Origin: the human T2T-CHM13v2.0 reference genome, Homo sapiens
DNA length: 64,000 bases
Direction: 5' to 3' (one strand)
NCBI RefSeq assembly: GCF_009914755.1
Contig: NC_060926.1
Both the position numbers and the translations under genes were made by a program. The first letter of the stretch is position 1; each line of letters begins with the position of its first letter. The notes below the pieces were generated by a model that was not told the DNA's origin, ran no database searches, and worked only from the letters and a program-made list of their open reading frames with translations. Shown one piece after another: positions 40,093-54,252 of this stretch.

Positions 40093-43000
40093 GGAACCGT
40101 CTTTTTAAAAATATGCTTTCCCTCTCCCCAGGTGATTCTTGATAGCAGGGAAGTGTGGGAATGCTGTGAATGTGAACTCTATGATTCCCTACAGCGAGAG
40201 GCTTATCCGTGGGCTTCATACCTGCTGGAGATGGAGGGTAACCACTCAGTCCACAAGGGGCTGAGCATAGTTCTTCAACTGCTCAGTAGCTACACTTCTG
40301 GGATGGAAAAGACTGGAACTTTTTTTCATGAAACAACATTTCCTCTCTTTCATCTTTCTTGTTGTCCTCCTCTGAGTCTCTTCTCCACTTCTTTCTACTC
40401 TTTGCAAATGAAACACGGAACTCCAACAAGGTCTCAGCAAACCTTATATCCTACCTGTCAATGTCCCAGTCATCTTTACAGGAGCACTTCCACCTGAAGC
40501 TCCTCCCTCCCTCCCTTCCTTCCTGCCTGCTTTTTTTTTTTTTTTAAATATTTAAATAAGTGTACTACCCATATGCTTTGATTCAACTTGAGAGCGCCTG
40601 TGATTCCTGAATCTTTTTCATTTGCACATGGACCTAATCAGGCCAGCCTTGACCATTCACTGGTTTTGAAATTCTAATTTTTAAATCAGTAATCTTTTTT
40701 AATTTAGAAAATACTGACAACTGTCAAGACGATAGCAACAATTGAGTACTGACAATGTCTGAGGGCAGTAGTATGACATTTCTTTATGTATATTGATCTT
40801 TACAACAATCTTGTAAAGTAGCTGTTGTTATTATCCCTTTATTTCAAGTAGAGGAACTGAGACATTAAGAAATGAAGTTACCTGCTTATAATCACTTAGT
40901 TAAGTAAGCAGAGAAGTCAAGGTTGGAGCCTAGGAACTCTGGCTCCTAACCACTAGAAGAAAGTAAGATGAATGAAGAAAAAAATACTCTCAATTCCTGT
41001 TACCAGAAGTAACCACTCTTAACACTTAGTCATATTTCTATGAGAAAGAATTTTCAATTGGATCAAAGTATTAATTTTATATGTCCTACTTAAAAGCCTT
41101 AATATTAAATTAAGCTTTGTATATTAAATGTTATTCATAATGATTTCTTTATCAACTATATAATATTTCATCATATGAATAGGAAATAATGTATGCAATT
41201 ACCTCTTTGCTATTAGATATTTGTTTCTAATTTTTTACTGTAAGACTATGGCGAATATTTTTTATCCTAAATATTTGACTGTAACTTTGTTTAGTTGTAT
41301 AAAGTCCTTGTGTCAAAAGTACTTTTGAATCTAAGATGAATTTTGGACTTTAAGTTACTTTAAAAATTGAACCAACTGACTCTCCCACAAGCAATGTGTG
41401 GGAAGGACCACTTCCTCATCCTCTTGCCAACTTTGCCAATTTGGGAGGTGAAAAACGGCCTTGCCTTGTCATTTCCATTTACATGTCTTTGATTACTACC
41501 GAGGTGAACATTTTCTTCTATGTTTATGAGCCACTTGTATTTCTTTTTCTGTGAGCTGTTTATTTATGCCCTTGTTCATTTTCCCAGTGGCAAGCTTGTA
41601 TTTTTCTTATCTGTGTGAGTTCTTCATAGCAATAATGTTTTACCTGTCATGTTTGACTATCCCGTATCAAAAAACTGAAAAATATTTCCCCCAATTTCTT
41701 CTTTGCCTTATATCTGCTTTTTAGGTGTCAGTTAACTGGCAAGTATGGAAATCTGAATTGAAAACACTCAAAAGCAAAGGCTAAAGTTTGTGAAAATAAG
41801 CAGGTTCATTATGCAGACAACCATTTTTAGTATTCACTTTAATAACAGGACTTTTGTCATCACTGAAGAAAAATGAAGAAGTAATGTTGCACTTTTCTTC
41901 TTCTCAGGCTGGTAAGAACAGGGGAGAATCCTTGGAGAACAAACTCCGTGCAAATTGCTTTCAACTTTTTGACATGGGTATTAAAATGCCACCCCAAATA
42001 CCAGTGGTAATAAAGAATCCAACTTAAAAGGGGGAGTAGGTGTAAATGTAACACATGAGATTTCATTTAAATCTTGCTGGCCAGTTGCTGAAGAATCCAT
42101 GGAGAAGCACTCAAGGCTGCTACCCCTCCCGAGTTGGTGACAGAAAACTTGGCTATTTGGGGATAAATGTTGACATTCTGAGATTGCCGAATCAAGACAA
42201 GCTGCTCATATTTCCTTGCAATAAGAATAATCACAGCATCCTGCCCTGATGCTCTCCAGGGAGAATGAGCTTCTGTTCCTCTTTTTATTACCCTCTTCCT
42301 CTTCTCTTATGTTTCTTCACCCACACTTTGCAGTCCCCTCTCTGCCACCCTCCTATCTTCTGCATAACTGCCCATTGTGGGTGGACATGGTGACTGCATT
42401 TTGTTCCCAAATTAACATATTTAGTAATATTTTCAAAAGAGAAAGAGGTTTATATTCAGGTGCCAGGGACCCCGCAGGGACATGGCTGCCCCCAAATGGA
42501 TTCTTTTTAGAGTAAACCACGCTGCCTTGGCTTCTGTGCACATTCATTTGGCAAAGAAAATTCACAAGGCATTTGACTGTGGAGCGAGCTGATGAGACAG
42601 GGTCCTGAGCCCAGACAGTGGAAGTGCTTGAGAAAGGGAGCATCCCAGGTGTTTGGGAGGGAGAATGCTGCTTTTCCTCATGACCACCTAGTGAAGGGGA
42701 TGAAGAAAAACAAAACTTCTGGTCAGGCTGGAGAAGTCCACAAGACTCTGTTCTAAAGGATTTCTACAGTTTAGAACTCTTCTGTTTCTCACTTCTCCTG
42801 TGAATTAAGTTTAATTATTTTGTTGCCGTTTATTTGTCTGTTGCTTTGTCCTGCCCAAGGGTTAAATACCCAGCCTGTGAAAATCATCTGTTCACACATT
42901 GCATGATGCTCTACAATTTATTATTAAATGGATCAAAACCAAAATGTTACTCTTTGGCTTTACAATGAGCCATAAAGTCAAATCACGAGGCCCAACTACT

Positions 43001-43313
43001 TTTATTATTTCCTTAGCATAATGGCAGTCACATGAAAGTCACAGTCCCAAGAGCCTCACACAGGCTTTGCTGAAACTGTCACAGGCTTGACAGCACAGCA
43101 GCTCCAGGCCGCTATCCATGCAGGAGAGCACCACTTTCAGTTCTCTTTGCTAACTCAAGGACACAGGAAAATGTCACATTTCACTTAGTTGTTTTCTTCA
43201 CACATACACACACACCTATATTCCCTTTGCCCCACAAGAATTATCTATTTTCTGGTGAATGTTAGCTGAGTGCCAAGACTGTGTGGCAGTGTGAAAGGGC
43301 CCAGGTTTTTAAC

Positions 43314-43619
43314 TTTTTTTTTTTTTTTTTTTTTTTTGAGACAGAGTCTCACTCTGTTGCCCAGGCAGAGTGCAGTGGCATGATCTCGGCTTACTGCATC
43401 CTCCGCCTCCCATGTTAAAGAGATTCTCCTGCCTCGGCCTCCCAAGTAGCTGAGATTACAGGCGCTGGCCACTACACCCTGGCTAATTTTTGCATTTTTA
43501 GTAGAGACGGAATTTCACCATCTTGGCCAGGCTGGTCTTGAGCTCCTGACCTTCAGTGGTCCACGCATCTCGGCCTCCCAAAGTGCTGGGATCACAGGCA
43601 TGAGCCACCACTCCTGGCC
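43314..43619 (-). mobile_element. AluS
   Basis: T24 tail then antisense dimer. Confidence 0.92.
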
Positions 43620-44382
43620 CAACTTATGTCTAACTGTACACACACAGGCTCTGTCCCATGACTGGAAGGCCAGGGCTGGGCTGGCCAGTGGAGTTCTGTA
43701 TGGCTGTGGCTATAAGAAGGTACTATGGAGTGTACAAAAGTCAGGGGAGTGTGTAGAGCTCAGGGTGGGCAGGAGCCCCCACAGCAAAATACAGCTACTG
43801 AAATCAGGGTGCACAGAGCCAGCAGGGTCTGAGTGTCTCAGAGACAAGCAGTGAGGGCAGGGATGGGCGAGAGTACTGCAGCTGGCTCTCGGTGTGGCAG
43901 CTGCAGAGCCGATGGGTGTGGCTATGGTTTGGAAAGAAGCTGTGTCCCATGACCTTGGGCAAGGTCCTTAGCATCTGAGCTTTGCTTCTTCCCTTGTAAG
44001 ATGATGATAATGCCTACCTAACTGGACTGTATGGAGGATGACATGAGTGAATGTATGCAAGGCCCTTATTTTTAGCTCCTAGCATAGAGTACGTGCTGTA
44101 AGTACTCAAAAAATGGAAAGTGTATTACTGTTATCAATATTAATATACAAAAGGATTTTATTTTTAAAAGAATGTTCTATATAAAGTGTTTAATTCTAGG
44201 AAAATATAATTAAATATCACCTTTACCTGCTGCTTGATAATAATAATAATGTGGCCTAAGGCCAGGGAAAGCACTAGAAGTGGTAGGGAATGACAGCTGC
44301 CTTCTATTCTGGAACTGCAAACCCAAAGATGTAAAGCAACTACAAACCTCACAATGAGGGGTCCTTCCAAAATCCTCGTTCA

Positions 44383-44940
<558 letters not shown>

Positions 44941-45687
44941 TTAGTAGCACTTAGTAGTAGAGACATTTATTATTATTATTGCTATCATAGCTGAGATAAC
45001 TGTGGGGATGGCCAAGGAAGGCGGTGCCTCTAAAGATTACACTATTTCTCAGAAACAGCTTCATACATACAGCTTCACTGGAGAACCAATAGAACACTCA
45101 AACACCTTCCCCCAACACACACGAGCACACACAAACACAAATACACACACGGCACTCCTTCAAAACTATAAGAGTCAGGCCTGTTCGCTAACCAGGGCAA
45201 TAAGTAGTTATGTGGACGCCTGTCATGTCCAACCAACCATCTAATTTAGGAATGATGATAGAAGTCTAAACCTACTTAATCTTTTTAGTACCTATAGGAC
45301 CCAGGACTCTGGCTAATCTCAGGTGCTCTGTACACACTGGATACATGACTGAATGGGGCCAAGGAATCAATCAATCAATCTTTTAGGATTTACCAAGTCT
45401 CAGGTCAAGCCTGAGTTCCAGCTTCAACAGCTTTGCAGGGCCCATCGTGCAGATGCCTCCAACTGGTGGGTAAAAGCCTAGGCTCCAGTCAGCCTGCCTA
45501 GGCTCTCATCCTGGGGCCTTGGGCAAGTTACTTAACTCCTCTGTGCCTCAATTTCTTATCAGTAAAACAGGATTGGTGATGATAATAGCACCTACCCCTT
45601 AGGGTTGTTGTGAGGATGAATGTGGGTTCATCTGTGCTAAGCACCTGGAATATTACTGGTGCACTCTGCCTCTAGTCGTGCTCCACG

Positions 45688-46170
45688 GGTGATGATTAAT
45701 TTTATGTGCCAACTTGCCTGGGCCACAGGATGCCCAAGTAGCTGGTTCTACATTATTTCCAGGTGTGTTTGCAAGGGTATTTTCAGGAGAGATTAGCATG
45801 TGAACTGGTAGACTGTGTAAAGTAGATACTGTGGGTGGGCATCATCCCCTCAGGGCTTGAAAAGAACAAGAAGACTGAGGAAAGTTGAGTGGTCTCTCTG
45901 CCTGACTCCTTAAGCTGGGACATCAATCTCCTGTCCTCAGTGGTTTTCAGTGCTCCTAGTTCTCCGGCCTTCAGATCTTGACTGGAATCTACACCATCTG
46001 TTGCCTCTCTGGCTCTCAGGCCTTTGAACAATACCACAGACTTTCCTGGGTATACAGCTTGCAGACAGCAGACTGTGGGACTTCACCTCTATTCATCCAT
46101 CCATCCATCCATCCATCCATCCATCCATCCATCCATCCATCCTATTGGTTCTGTTTCCCTGTGAACCCTG
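45688..46170 (+). mobile_element. MLT2 (ERVL) solo LTR with internal (TCCA)n at 46093-46142
   Basis: GTGATGATTAATTTTATGTGCCAACTTG start; CCTATTGGTTCTGTTTC end; the terminal ACTAATACA is absent. Confidence 0.8.
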
Positions 46171-46540
46171 GAGAACCAATAGAACACTCAAACACCTTCC
46201 CCACAAACAAGCAGAGTGAGGCTCCAGTGCACTGCTGACCAAATCTCACCCTTGCGAACTCCCACCAGAAGCTCCTTGTCATCTCCAAGATAAAGTCCAA
46301 GTGTCTTATCATTGCAGACGAGGCTCTGCTTTTCAGCTTTACCTCCAATGTCTGCTCTTTGCCTTCACTTGACCTTGTGGAACATGGAACAGCTCTCAAT
46401 TTCTTGCACAAATCGTGCATGCTCTATCAAGCCTTCAAGTAATGCCTAGAATGTTCTCTCCACCTTTCACCTAGAAAAAAAAAAAGCCCTGCTTTTTAAG
46501 GAGCATCTTTAAGAACAAATAGGAGTGTTAATTTAAAAAC

Positions 46541-46850
46541 AGGTCTATAACAACCTGTAATACCAACACTTTGGGAGGCTGAGGCAAGAGAATTGCTTGA
46601 GCCAAGGAGTTCAAGATCAGCCTGGGCAACATGGCAAAACTCCATCCCTACAAAAAATACAAAAGTTAGCCAGGCATGGTGGTGTGCACCTGTAGTCCCA
46701 GCTATAAGGAGGCTGAGGTGGGAAAATCACTTGAGCCCAGGAGGTTGAGGCTGCAGTGACTCGTGATCACGCCACTGCATGCCACTGCACTGCACTCTAG
46801 CCTGGGTGACAGAACGAGACTCTGTCTCAAAACAAACAAACAAACAAACA
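46541..46850 (+). mobile_element. AluJ
   Basis: Sense dimer with a (CAAA)n tail and a small internal GCCACTGCA duplication. Confidence 0.9.
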
Positions 46851-48826
46851 AGCCTGTAGGAGTCATGTCTTTCAGAAAGCCTTCCAGATTTACTTTTGTG
46901 GCCTTCCACTGAGTGCCTGGTTTGTATGTTAAATATTTGTAAGATTTGACCCAGGTTTTGTCTGCCCCCAAGGTTGTCCTCTTGTCACCAATATCACTTT
47001 CTATCCATCCACCAATGTCTGGACAACAAGTGAAGTACTAAAGTGCTAACATTGTAAAAGAGACAAGTTAGTTACAGAGGGCTCCCAAGGCTGTCACATA
47101 CAGTTGTGCAGATTGTGCCCTATGGTTAAATTTATCAAAGCATTTTTGACATTGTTTCATAAGTAGTTTATTTCTCTATTACCACCTTCAATACCCTGAG
47201 CAACTTGAAGACAAACGCTTTTTAATTTGACTTTCTGTCCTCAGCACCCAGTACAGTATTTGGCACCCAGCATGCGCCAAGTAAAAGCCCAAAGACCAAA
47301 GGACTAGTCATCTTCTGAGCTCCTGGCACCATGCTAAGAGATAGAAAAGCCATCATCTATATCTTTAAAGACGTTTCAATGTAGCTGATGGGAATAAGTC
47401 ATATCCATGTGAACAGAGAACCAGAATATCAGGTGGTAAATATTAATGGCAAATGAATGGTGCCAAATCTAAGTGCTACTGATCAGAAAAGTGGGAAATT
47501 CCAAGGGCTGAGGCAGGCAGGGAAAGCTTCATGGAAGAGGCAAGATTGGAACCAAGCCTTGCATCTTGTACCTATTCCCAGTGATTACATTACATGTATG
47601 AAGCTGTTTTTGGGAAATAGTGTAGTAGAGTAGAATTTGAAATTATAATTATGTAGTACGGGGGGATTTGGAATTCACACAGACTTAGATCGCATTCTAC
47701 TTTTCCCATCCTCTTGCTGTGTCTGCTGGGTCTCTTTCTGAACACAAATTTCTTCATCTTTAGGTTGTGGATTAGAACCTCTATCTTTCAAAATTGCTGC
47801 GAAAATTAAGATTAACTAATGAACCTGAAAGAGAAAAGTCTGGTTCTCAGCACATGGCAGGAATGCAATAAAGGTTCACCCTCATTTTAATTAGACTCCA
47901 GGGTTAGATTTCTTAGTTTATTGACCAAATTCTTATCTATGGAAGGCTTTTCTGAAGCATTATTAGGAGTTGGAATTCACTGGAGTCCTCCCTCTGACTC
48001 GAACAAATGGCCCATACAAACTACCTCATGTGGAACAGGGATCCAGGAGATCACAAGAGAAATAGACCCTCAACCTTGATGCTTCTCAAAGGTCTGAGAC
48101 GGTCCTATTTCTCATGAGACAGGCTTTTAAAGGAGCATGAACCACCTTCCATGCTGATTTACCTGGTGTCATGTATCATGGCAAATGGCTGGGTTTGGAG
48201 CAGATAATTGCATTGGTGAAAGTATTTTTGTTAATCTTGGTAATATCAAAACATATCCCTATACTCTTTCATACTTTCCAAAGTCAAGTCTCAATTTTTT
48301 AATTTTTAAAAATGTCATAGCAACACGATATATAAGATTCCTAATTTTCACACAAGGAAACTGAGGTCCGCAAAGGTTGAATGACTCACTCAAATTTCCA
48401 TAGTAAAGTAGAGGATTTGGGTGCCTTGAGTGACAGTTCCACATTTCTAGACTGAATTCCAAGTTCTCTTTGGCAGTGGTGTACCAAGGATGGGGGTGTT
48501 GGTGGGAGTGGGCTTCCCTAAAGAGGAGTCATTTTATTATTGTCATTGTTTAGAATTGCCACTACATGGTTATAATAAGATAAAGACCAACTTTTAGCCA
48601 AGCATTATCACTGTTTTAAAATTATATGTAGACAATACCTCCCTTTATTGCCTACACCAGAGGCTGAAGGTTCTCACCACCCATCCAGGGTACGCCACTA
48701 CTCTGGTTCCATTAAAAAAGAAAGATTACATTTGAATGGAGGGATTTTGGTTTCTAAGCAGGGGGGACTTGAGGCCAAGAGAAAGTGGGAGTGATATATT
48801 TGTGGCTACTTGTATTGTGGCTCTAA

Positions 48827-49167
<341 letters not shown>

Positions 49168-50512
49168 CCAGCACAAGATTAATAATTACAGCAACATTAG
49201 TTACCACACTTACAGTTTACAATGTGTAAACCTGCTAAAAGCGTGTACTCTATAAGGCAAGTATTAGTATTTCAATTGCACAGATGAAGATGAAGCTGAA
49301 GCTGAGAAAGATTGATTCATGTGTCCCAGGTCACAATAACAGAGGAGGAAATGTAAGATGTGACAGGTTTGACCTGGCTCCTATTCCTGCACTCTTGCCA
49401 CTACCCCCATGTTCTATCTGTTCACCGATGTTCAAACAGCCACCAAAGTACTAAAAATGCTAACATTGCAGAGGAGGCACATCACAGGGGCTCCCAGGGC
49501 CACTGCTTGAGGAGGGTGCACCCTGCACAAAGGTGCTGGGCTGAAGAGGCAAGCAGGGCTGAAATAAGCCTTAGCTTGGTTGTTTTGTAATTTGCACAAA
49601 GGAGCCGTATGGGCTGGTAATGGCATGGAACCACCGGTGGCCACAGCTTAAGGAATTCCATCAGCCTCTTGATTTCTGTTTTCTGTCTATCCTTTGAGCA
49701 CTATTTGCCAATTTCCTGGAAGTGGCTCTGCCTCAAGAAAGCTTCCTGGCTCTTAAATGTAGAGTTTACAATCCTCTGAGGCCAGTGTGAAATGCCCAGT
49801 TGTCCTGACTGTTGTCAGGAACATGACCAGCATTCCCTCAGAAGCTCATCATTCTGAAAATTAGACACAGACCACTTATTAATATGTATGGCAAATCTGG
49901 GATCCTCCTTAGTGAGTGTAGCTACAATAAAAAGGTCAATATGAAGGCCTGGGATTTGAGAGATGAAACAACCTGTACCTTTGTCTTATACTTTGGAAAA
50001 TAGGACCTGAACATTTTTCAAGGTCTCTTGAGAGTGGGCCTCAAGGTTGGGGGCCTCTTTTCAATCTGTCACAGTCATAGTCACAATAGCTTATAAATAT
50101 CTGTTGCTTGAATGACATTTGAAGTAAAATATTTATCCCAATAAATCAGTAATGTGGGAAATACGTAGTCTGCCTGATGTGAATACTTTGCAATTAGTCC
50201 TATTAGTTTCAAAGGAAGAAAAAGGACAGATATGGGAGGCAGGCAACTTTGGCTTTTCTCTTTCCATCTCTGCCACAGCCTTTGGGTATGACATTGAGCA
50301 AGTCATTCACCATGTGTAGAATGCAGATTTAAAGAAATGATGGACTCAATGATATCCCCAAATGCCTTCATGCTGGTACAGTGCTCTTTTAACCAAGCAT
50401 ATTCACATGGTAGTAACATGTTTCATGGCATTTTGTAGCTAGACGGGAGTTTAATGATCCCTTGGTACACCCTCCTCATGTAATGAATGCTCTTGATAAA
50501 GAAGACAGAGCA

Positions 50513-50808
50513 GGCTGGGCACGATGGCTTACTATAATCCCAGCACTTTGGGAGGTGGAGGCGGGTGGATTACTTGAGGCCATGAGTTTAGGACCAGCCT
50601 GGCCAACGTGGTGAAACCTTGTCTCTACTAAAAATACAAAAGTTAGCTGAGCATGGTGGCACACACCTGTAGTTCCAGCTACTTGGGAGACTGAGGCATG
50701 AGAACCACTTGAATCTAGGAGGCAGAGGTTGCAGTGAGCCTAGATGGTGCCACTTCACTACAGCCTGGGCCCTGCGTCAAAAAAAAAAAAAAAGAAGAAG
50801 AAGAAGAA
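50513..50808 (+). mobile_element. AluS
   Basis: Sense dimer; poly(A) then (GAA)n tail. Confidence 0.9.
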
Positions 50809-51848
50809 CACAGGAAAAGTGTTATTACCTCCTTTTACGCACTAAAATACTTAGGCTGTGAGGGGTGAGTCACTTGCTCTAAAGGAGGCAAGTTCTGTCT
50901 CATCCTTCCACAACACCATGCTCTCAGCCAGATTTTACTGGGTCCAGTGTAAATTTTGCCTGTCTGGTCTAGCCTTATCCAGTGTTCTGTTGCTTTGTTC
51001 AAACTGGAGACAGAAAAGCACCAGCTAGTGTCTGCCTAACTATAGCCTTCGAATGTCTGTACTGCAGTGTTACATTGTCCTTGACTTTTATTTCCCTCAG
51101 ATTGAGCACAGAATGCTTCTCAGATAGATGCAAGTCTGGTTCTGCTTTATTTCTTACCAAAGAGAGAGTGCACATCAAGAAACATGAAAACCAGGCAGCT
51201 TCCTTTCTCCAAGAATAGTTTCAGGGGCCAAGAAGGCTGGGAAACTGGGGTCAGGAGCAGAAGAGTCACAGCTCGGTAAGTCATTCTGTTGCTGGTGGGT
51301 TTGACAACACTCAGTCAATAACAATAATGACAAGAACTACATTTATTAAGTGTCTACAGTGCACTAAGGATTTGACAGATATTGTCTCATTTAGGAAACG
51401 AAATTTCTAAAAATGGAAGTTCAAGAAATTAGCAGTTTTAGAAAGAAGCTGTAGGAAAGGGAAAAAAGAGTTATGGAGTCTGAGAGCAGAAGCAGTGTTA
51501 CGTGGAAAACTGTGAAGTTAGAACACAAGGATCGAGAGTCTGCCATGGCAGCGGCCCCCACAGCTGCCTTGTGTCCCCTGGGAGTTCCCTCTCTGAGTCA
51601 CACTCAGGCCATCTGCCTCTACCACAACCCATGAAAGAGTGAAAATAGATTTTAAAAAAAGAAAGTGAGCTTTGGGGTCTGACAAGGAATCTTTGCTCTA
51701 CCACTCCCTAGTGACTCTACCACTTCCTACCCGGGAAATCTTAACTGAGTTTCTTCACATCTGAGAGTCTCAGTATTTTCATCCATAACATGTTGGTCTT
51801 TTTGTTTTTTGTCTTTTTTAAAAAGAAGCTTAATCATATAAGTTCCTT

Positions 51849-52745
51849 GAACTCACACAAATCAGCAAGAAACAAACAAATAATTTCATCAAAAAGTGGG
51901 CACATGACATGAATAGACATTTCTCAAAAGAAGATATCCAAATGTCCAACAAACATGAAAAAATGCTCAACCTCACTAGTTATCAGGGAAATGCAAATTG
52001 AAACCACAACGAGATACTGCCTTGCCCCAGCCAGAATAGGTTTGTAATAAACAAAGTAAAAAAAAAAACCCAAATGTTGGCATGGATGTGGTAAAAAGGG
52101 AACACTTACATACTGCTGGTGGGAATGAAAAGTAGCACAACCTCTATGGAAAACAGGATGGGGATTTCTTAAAGAACTAAAAGTAGACCTACTATTTGAT
52201 CCAGCAATCCCACTACTGGGTATCTACCCAAAGGAAAAGAAGTCATTCTATCAAAAAGACACCTACACGCATATGTTTACTTCAACACAATTCACAATTG
52301 CAAAGATACGGAACCAACTAAGTGCCCATCAACCAACGAGTGGATAAAGAAAATGTGATATATATACACCATGGAATACTACTCAGCCATAAAAAAAAGC
52401 CAATGAAATAATGTCTTTTACAGCAACTTGGATGAAGCTGGAGGCCATTATTCTAAGTGAAGTTACTCTGGAATGGAAAAATCAAATACCATATGTTCTT
52501 ACTTATAAATGAGAGCTAAGCTATGGGCATGCAAAGGCATGCAGAGTGGTATAATGGATTTTGGAGACTCAGAAGGGGGAGGGTGGGAGGAGAGTGAGGG
52601 ATATAAAAAACTACATATTGGGTACAATGTACACTACTCAGTTGACATGAGCACTAAAATCTCAGATTTCACCACTATACAACCCACCCATGTAACAAAA
52701 AAACATTTTACCCCAAAAGCTATTGAAATAAGAAAAATTAAAAAA
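51849..52745 (+). mobile_element. L1PB-like 3' end (ORF2 end and 3' UTR)
   Basis: GACATGAATAGACATTTCTCAAAAGAAGATAT, GATCCAGCAATCCCACTACTGGGTAT; ends AGCTATTGAAATAA plus A-rich tail. Confidence 0.88.
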
Positions 52746-53293
52746 TATATAAAATTCCTTGCATAGTATCAGCAGATTCTGGGCTTCTCAACAAGAATTG
52801 GAAGAGAGAAGAGAGAGGAAAAAGGAGCAAGAGTCATTTGTTACATTTATTACAGTCATTAATATTATTATTTTTCAAAATCCGGCTTGGGGTTCTTCAG
52901 TAAATGGTAAAATTAAGAGCATTCTTCTACAGATTACCTACTTGAGATTTTTCTTCCTTGAGCCTTGCTAATTAAAAAATATCATAAATGTTCTAACTAG
53001 GCCATTGACATTTATTTTCAATAATTGCAAGGGGACTTAAATAACCTGTTAAAGGACATGTTAATATTACTCTACACTTTAACTCACTGCGACTTGATGT
53101 TAATACTAATTTGTAGAATTAGTTACATGGAAAATAAATTAAGTTCATGGGACAAATGGGGAATCTGAGATCCCTTTTCCAAAACCCAGGGTCTAGCAGA
53201 GCATATAGGAAGTGAAGCAAACTAGCACAACCATCCAACTTAACACATTCAGTGGCATTTGGAGCTGTGGTGGGGAAAAGAGGCTCCCTAGTT

Positions 53294-53356
53294 AATTTCA
53301 CACTTCCTCCATACATTTCAAAAAGCAAGGTGTGACTCATTTCAAAAAACAAGGTG
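53294..53356. promoter_or_regulatory. T-box site cluster about 0.9 kb upstream of MSGN1
   Basis: AATTTCACACTT at 53294-53305 and AGGTGTGA at 53328-53335; Msgn1 is an established Tbx6/Wnt target. Confidence 0.55.
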
Positions 53357-53716
53357 CAGCTGGGTTTGTTAAAAAAGACTTTCCTTAGGCTAAATGCCAG
53401 GTATTCTGCAAAGTCCCTGGCTTAAGGGAGTTTTCTGTTTCCTAGTATCTGTTTGCTGTGCGGAATCCAAATCTGCTCGGTAACAGCAAGGGTTTTATGC
53501 CTCTGGTAGGATGTTTCCTGCTCTTTAAGGCTCTAGGCTTACTGGAGTTGCTGGCCTTTGTCGTTCTGAGTGTAGGCATGTTCCGGGCATGTCTGCACTC
53601 TATACGACCCAGGGAAATTTACTAAGGTGGCATCCACTGGGTACCTCATGTGTGTGGCACCCCCAGCAACCCTAGGAAATAAGAGCTGTTGTTTTCTGTG
53701 TTGGACACGTTAGGGA

Positions 53717-53723
53717 ATCAAAG
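53717..53723. promoter_or_regulatory. TCF/LEF motif ATCAAAG
   Basis: Consensus match about 530 bp upstream of the MSGN1 ATG. Confidence 0.5.
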
Positions 53724-54064
53724 CCCAGAGGGGTTACCTTGTCCCTAGACCATGCTGCTTCTCCAACAATACAGCCCAACTGTGCTGAAATATCTAGCAG
53801 GTCCTGGTGGAGGGGATGGAGGCCCTCTCGGGTCACTTTGCTACTCTCCACCAGGGCCCTCGGCCACCCCCTCCTTGCTGCGGATGCCCCAGGTTTGTTT
53901 TCTTTGGCTCCCTCATTAATGAGTTCCACAGCACAATGCTAAGTCTAGTTATGCAGCCTTAATTGGTTTAGTTACAACAAGATAATTCCTTTTTTCTTCT
54001 CTTGGAGGCCTTTCTGTTTAAAGACATTTTAGCTGGAAGATGCTAATTATCAATGAGGAGAAAA

Positions 54065-54172
54065 TGACACCTGAAGAGTTCATTTTCCATCTTGGTCTTT
54101 GGTTTTTCCTTTGAACTCTCTTTACACGGCCCTCTTTCCCACTTCATCACTTCTCCCCCACCGTCATAAAAG
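54065..54172 (+). promoter_or_regulatory. MSGN1 proximal promoter motifs
   Basis: T-box TGACACCT 54065-54072; TCF CCTTTGAA 54108-54115; RBPJ core TTCCCAC 54136-54142; TATA-like CATAAAAG 54165-54172. Confidence 0.6.
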
Positions 54173-54252
54173 AGAGCTCTTCCCTGGCCAGGCGGCAGAA
54201 TTTTCTTTCTCACTTGCCAGGGAGCCATTCCTTCTGCAGCTGTCTCGCAGGC

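Noticed and set aside
54214-54252. 13-aa N-terminal extension of MSGN1
   Set aside because: TTG start; the ATG at 54253 has a strong context and gives the known 193-aa protein
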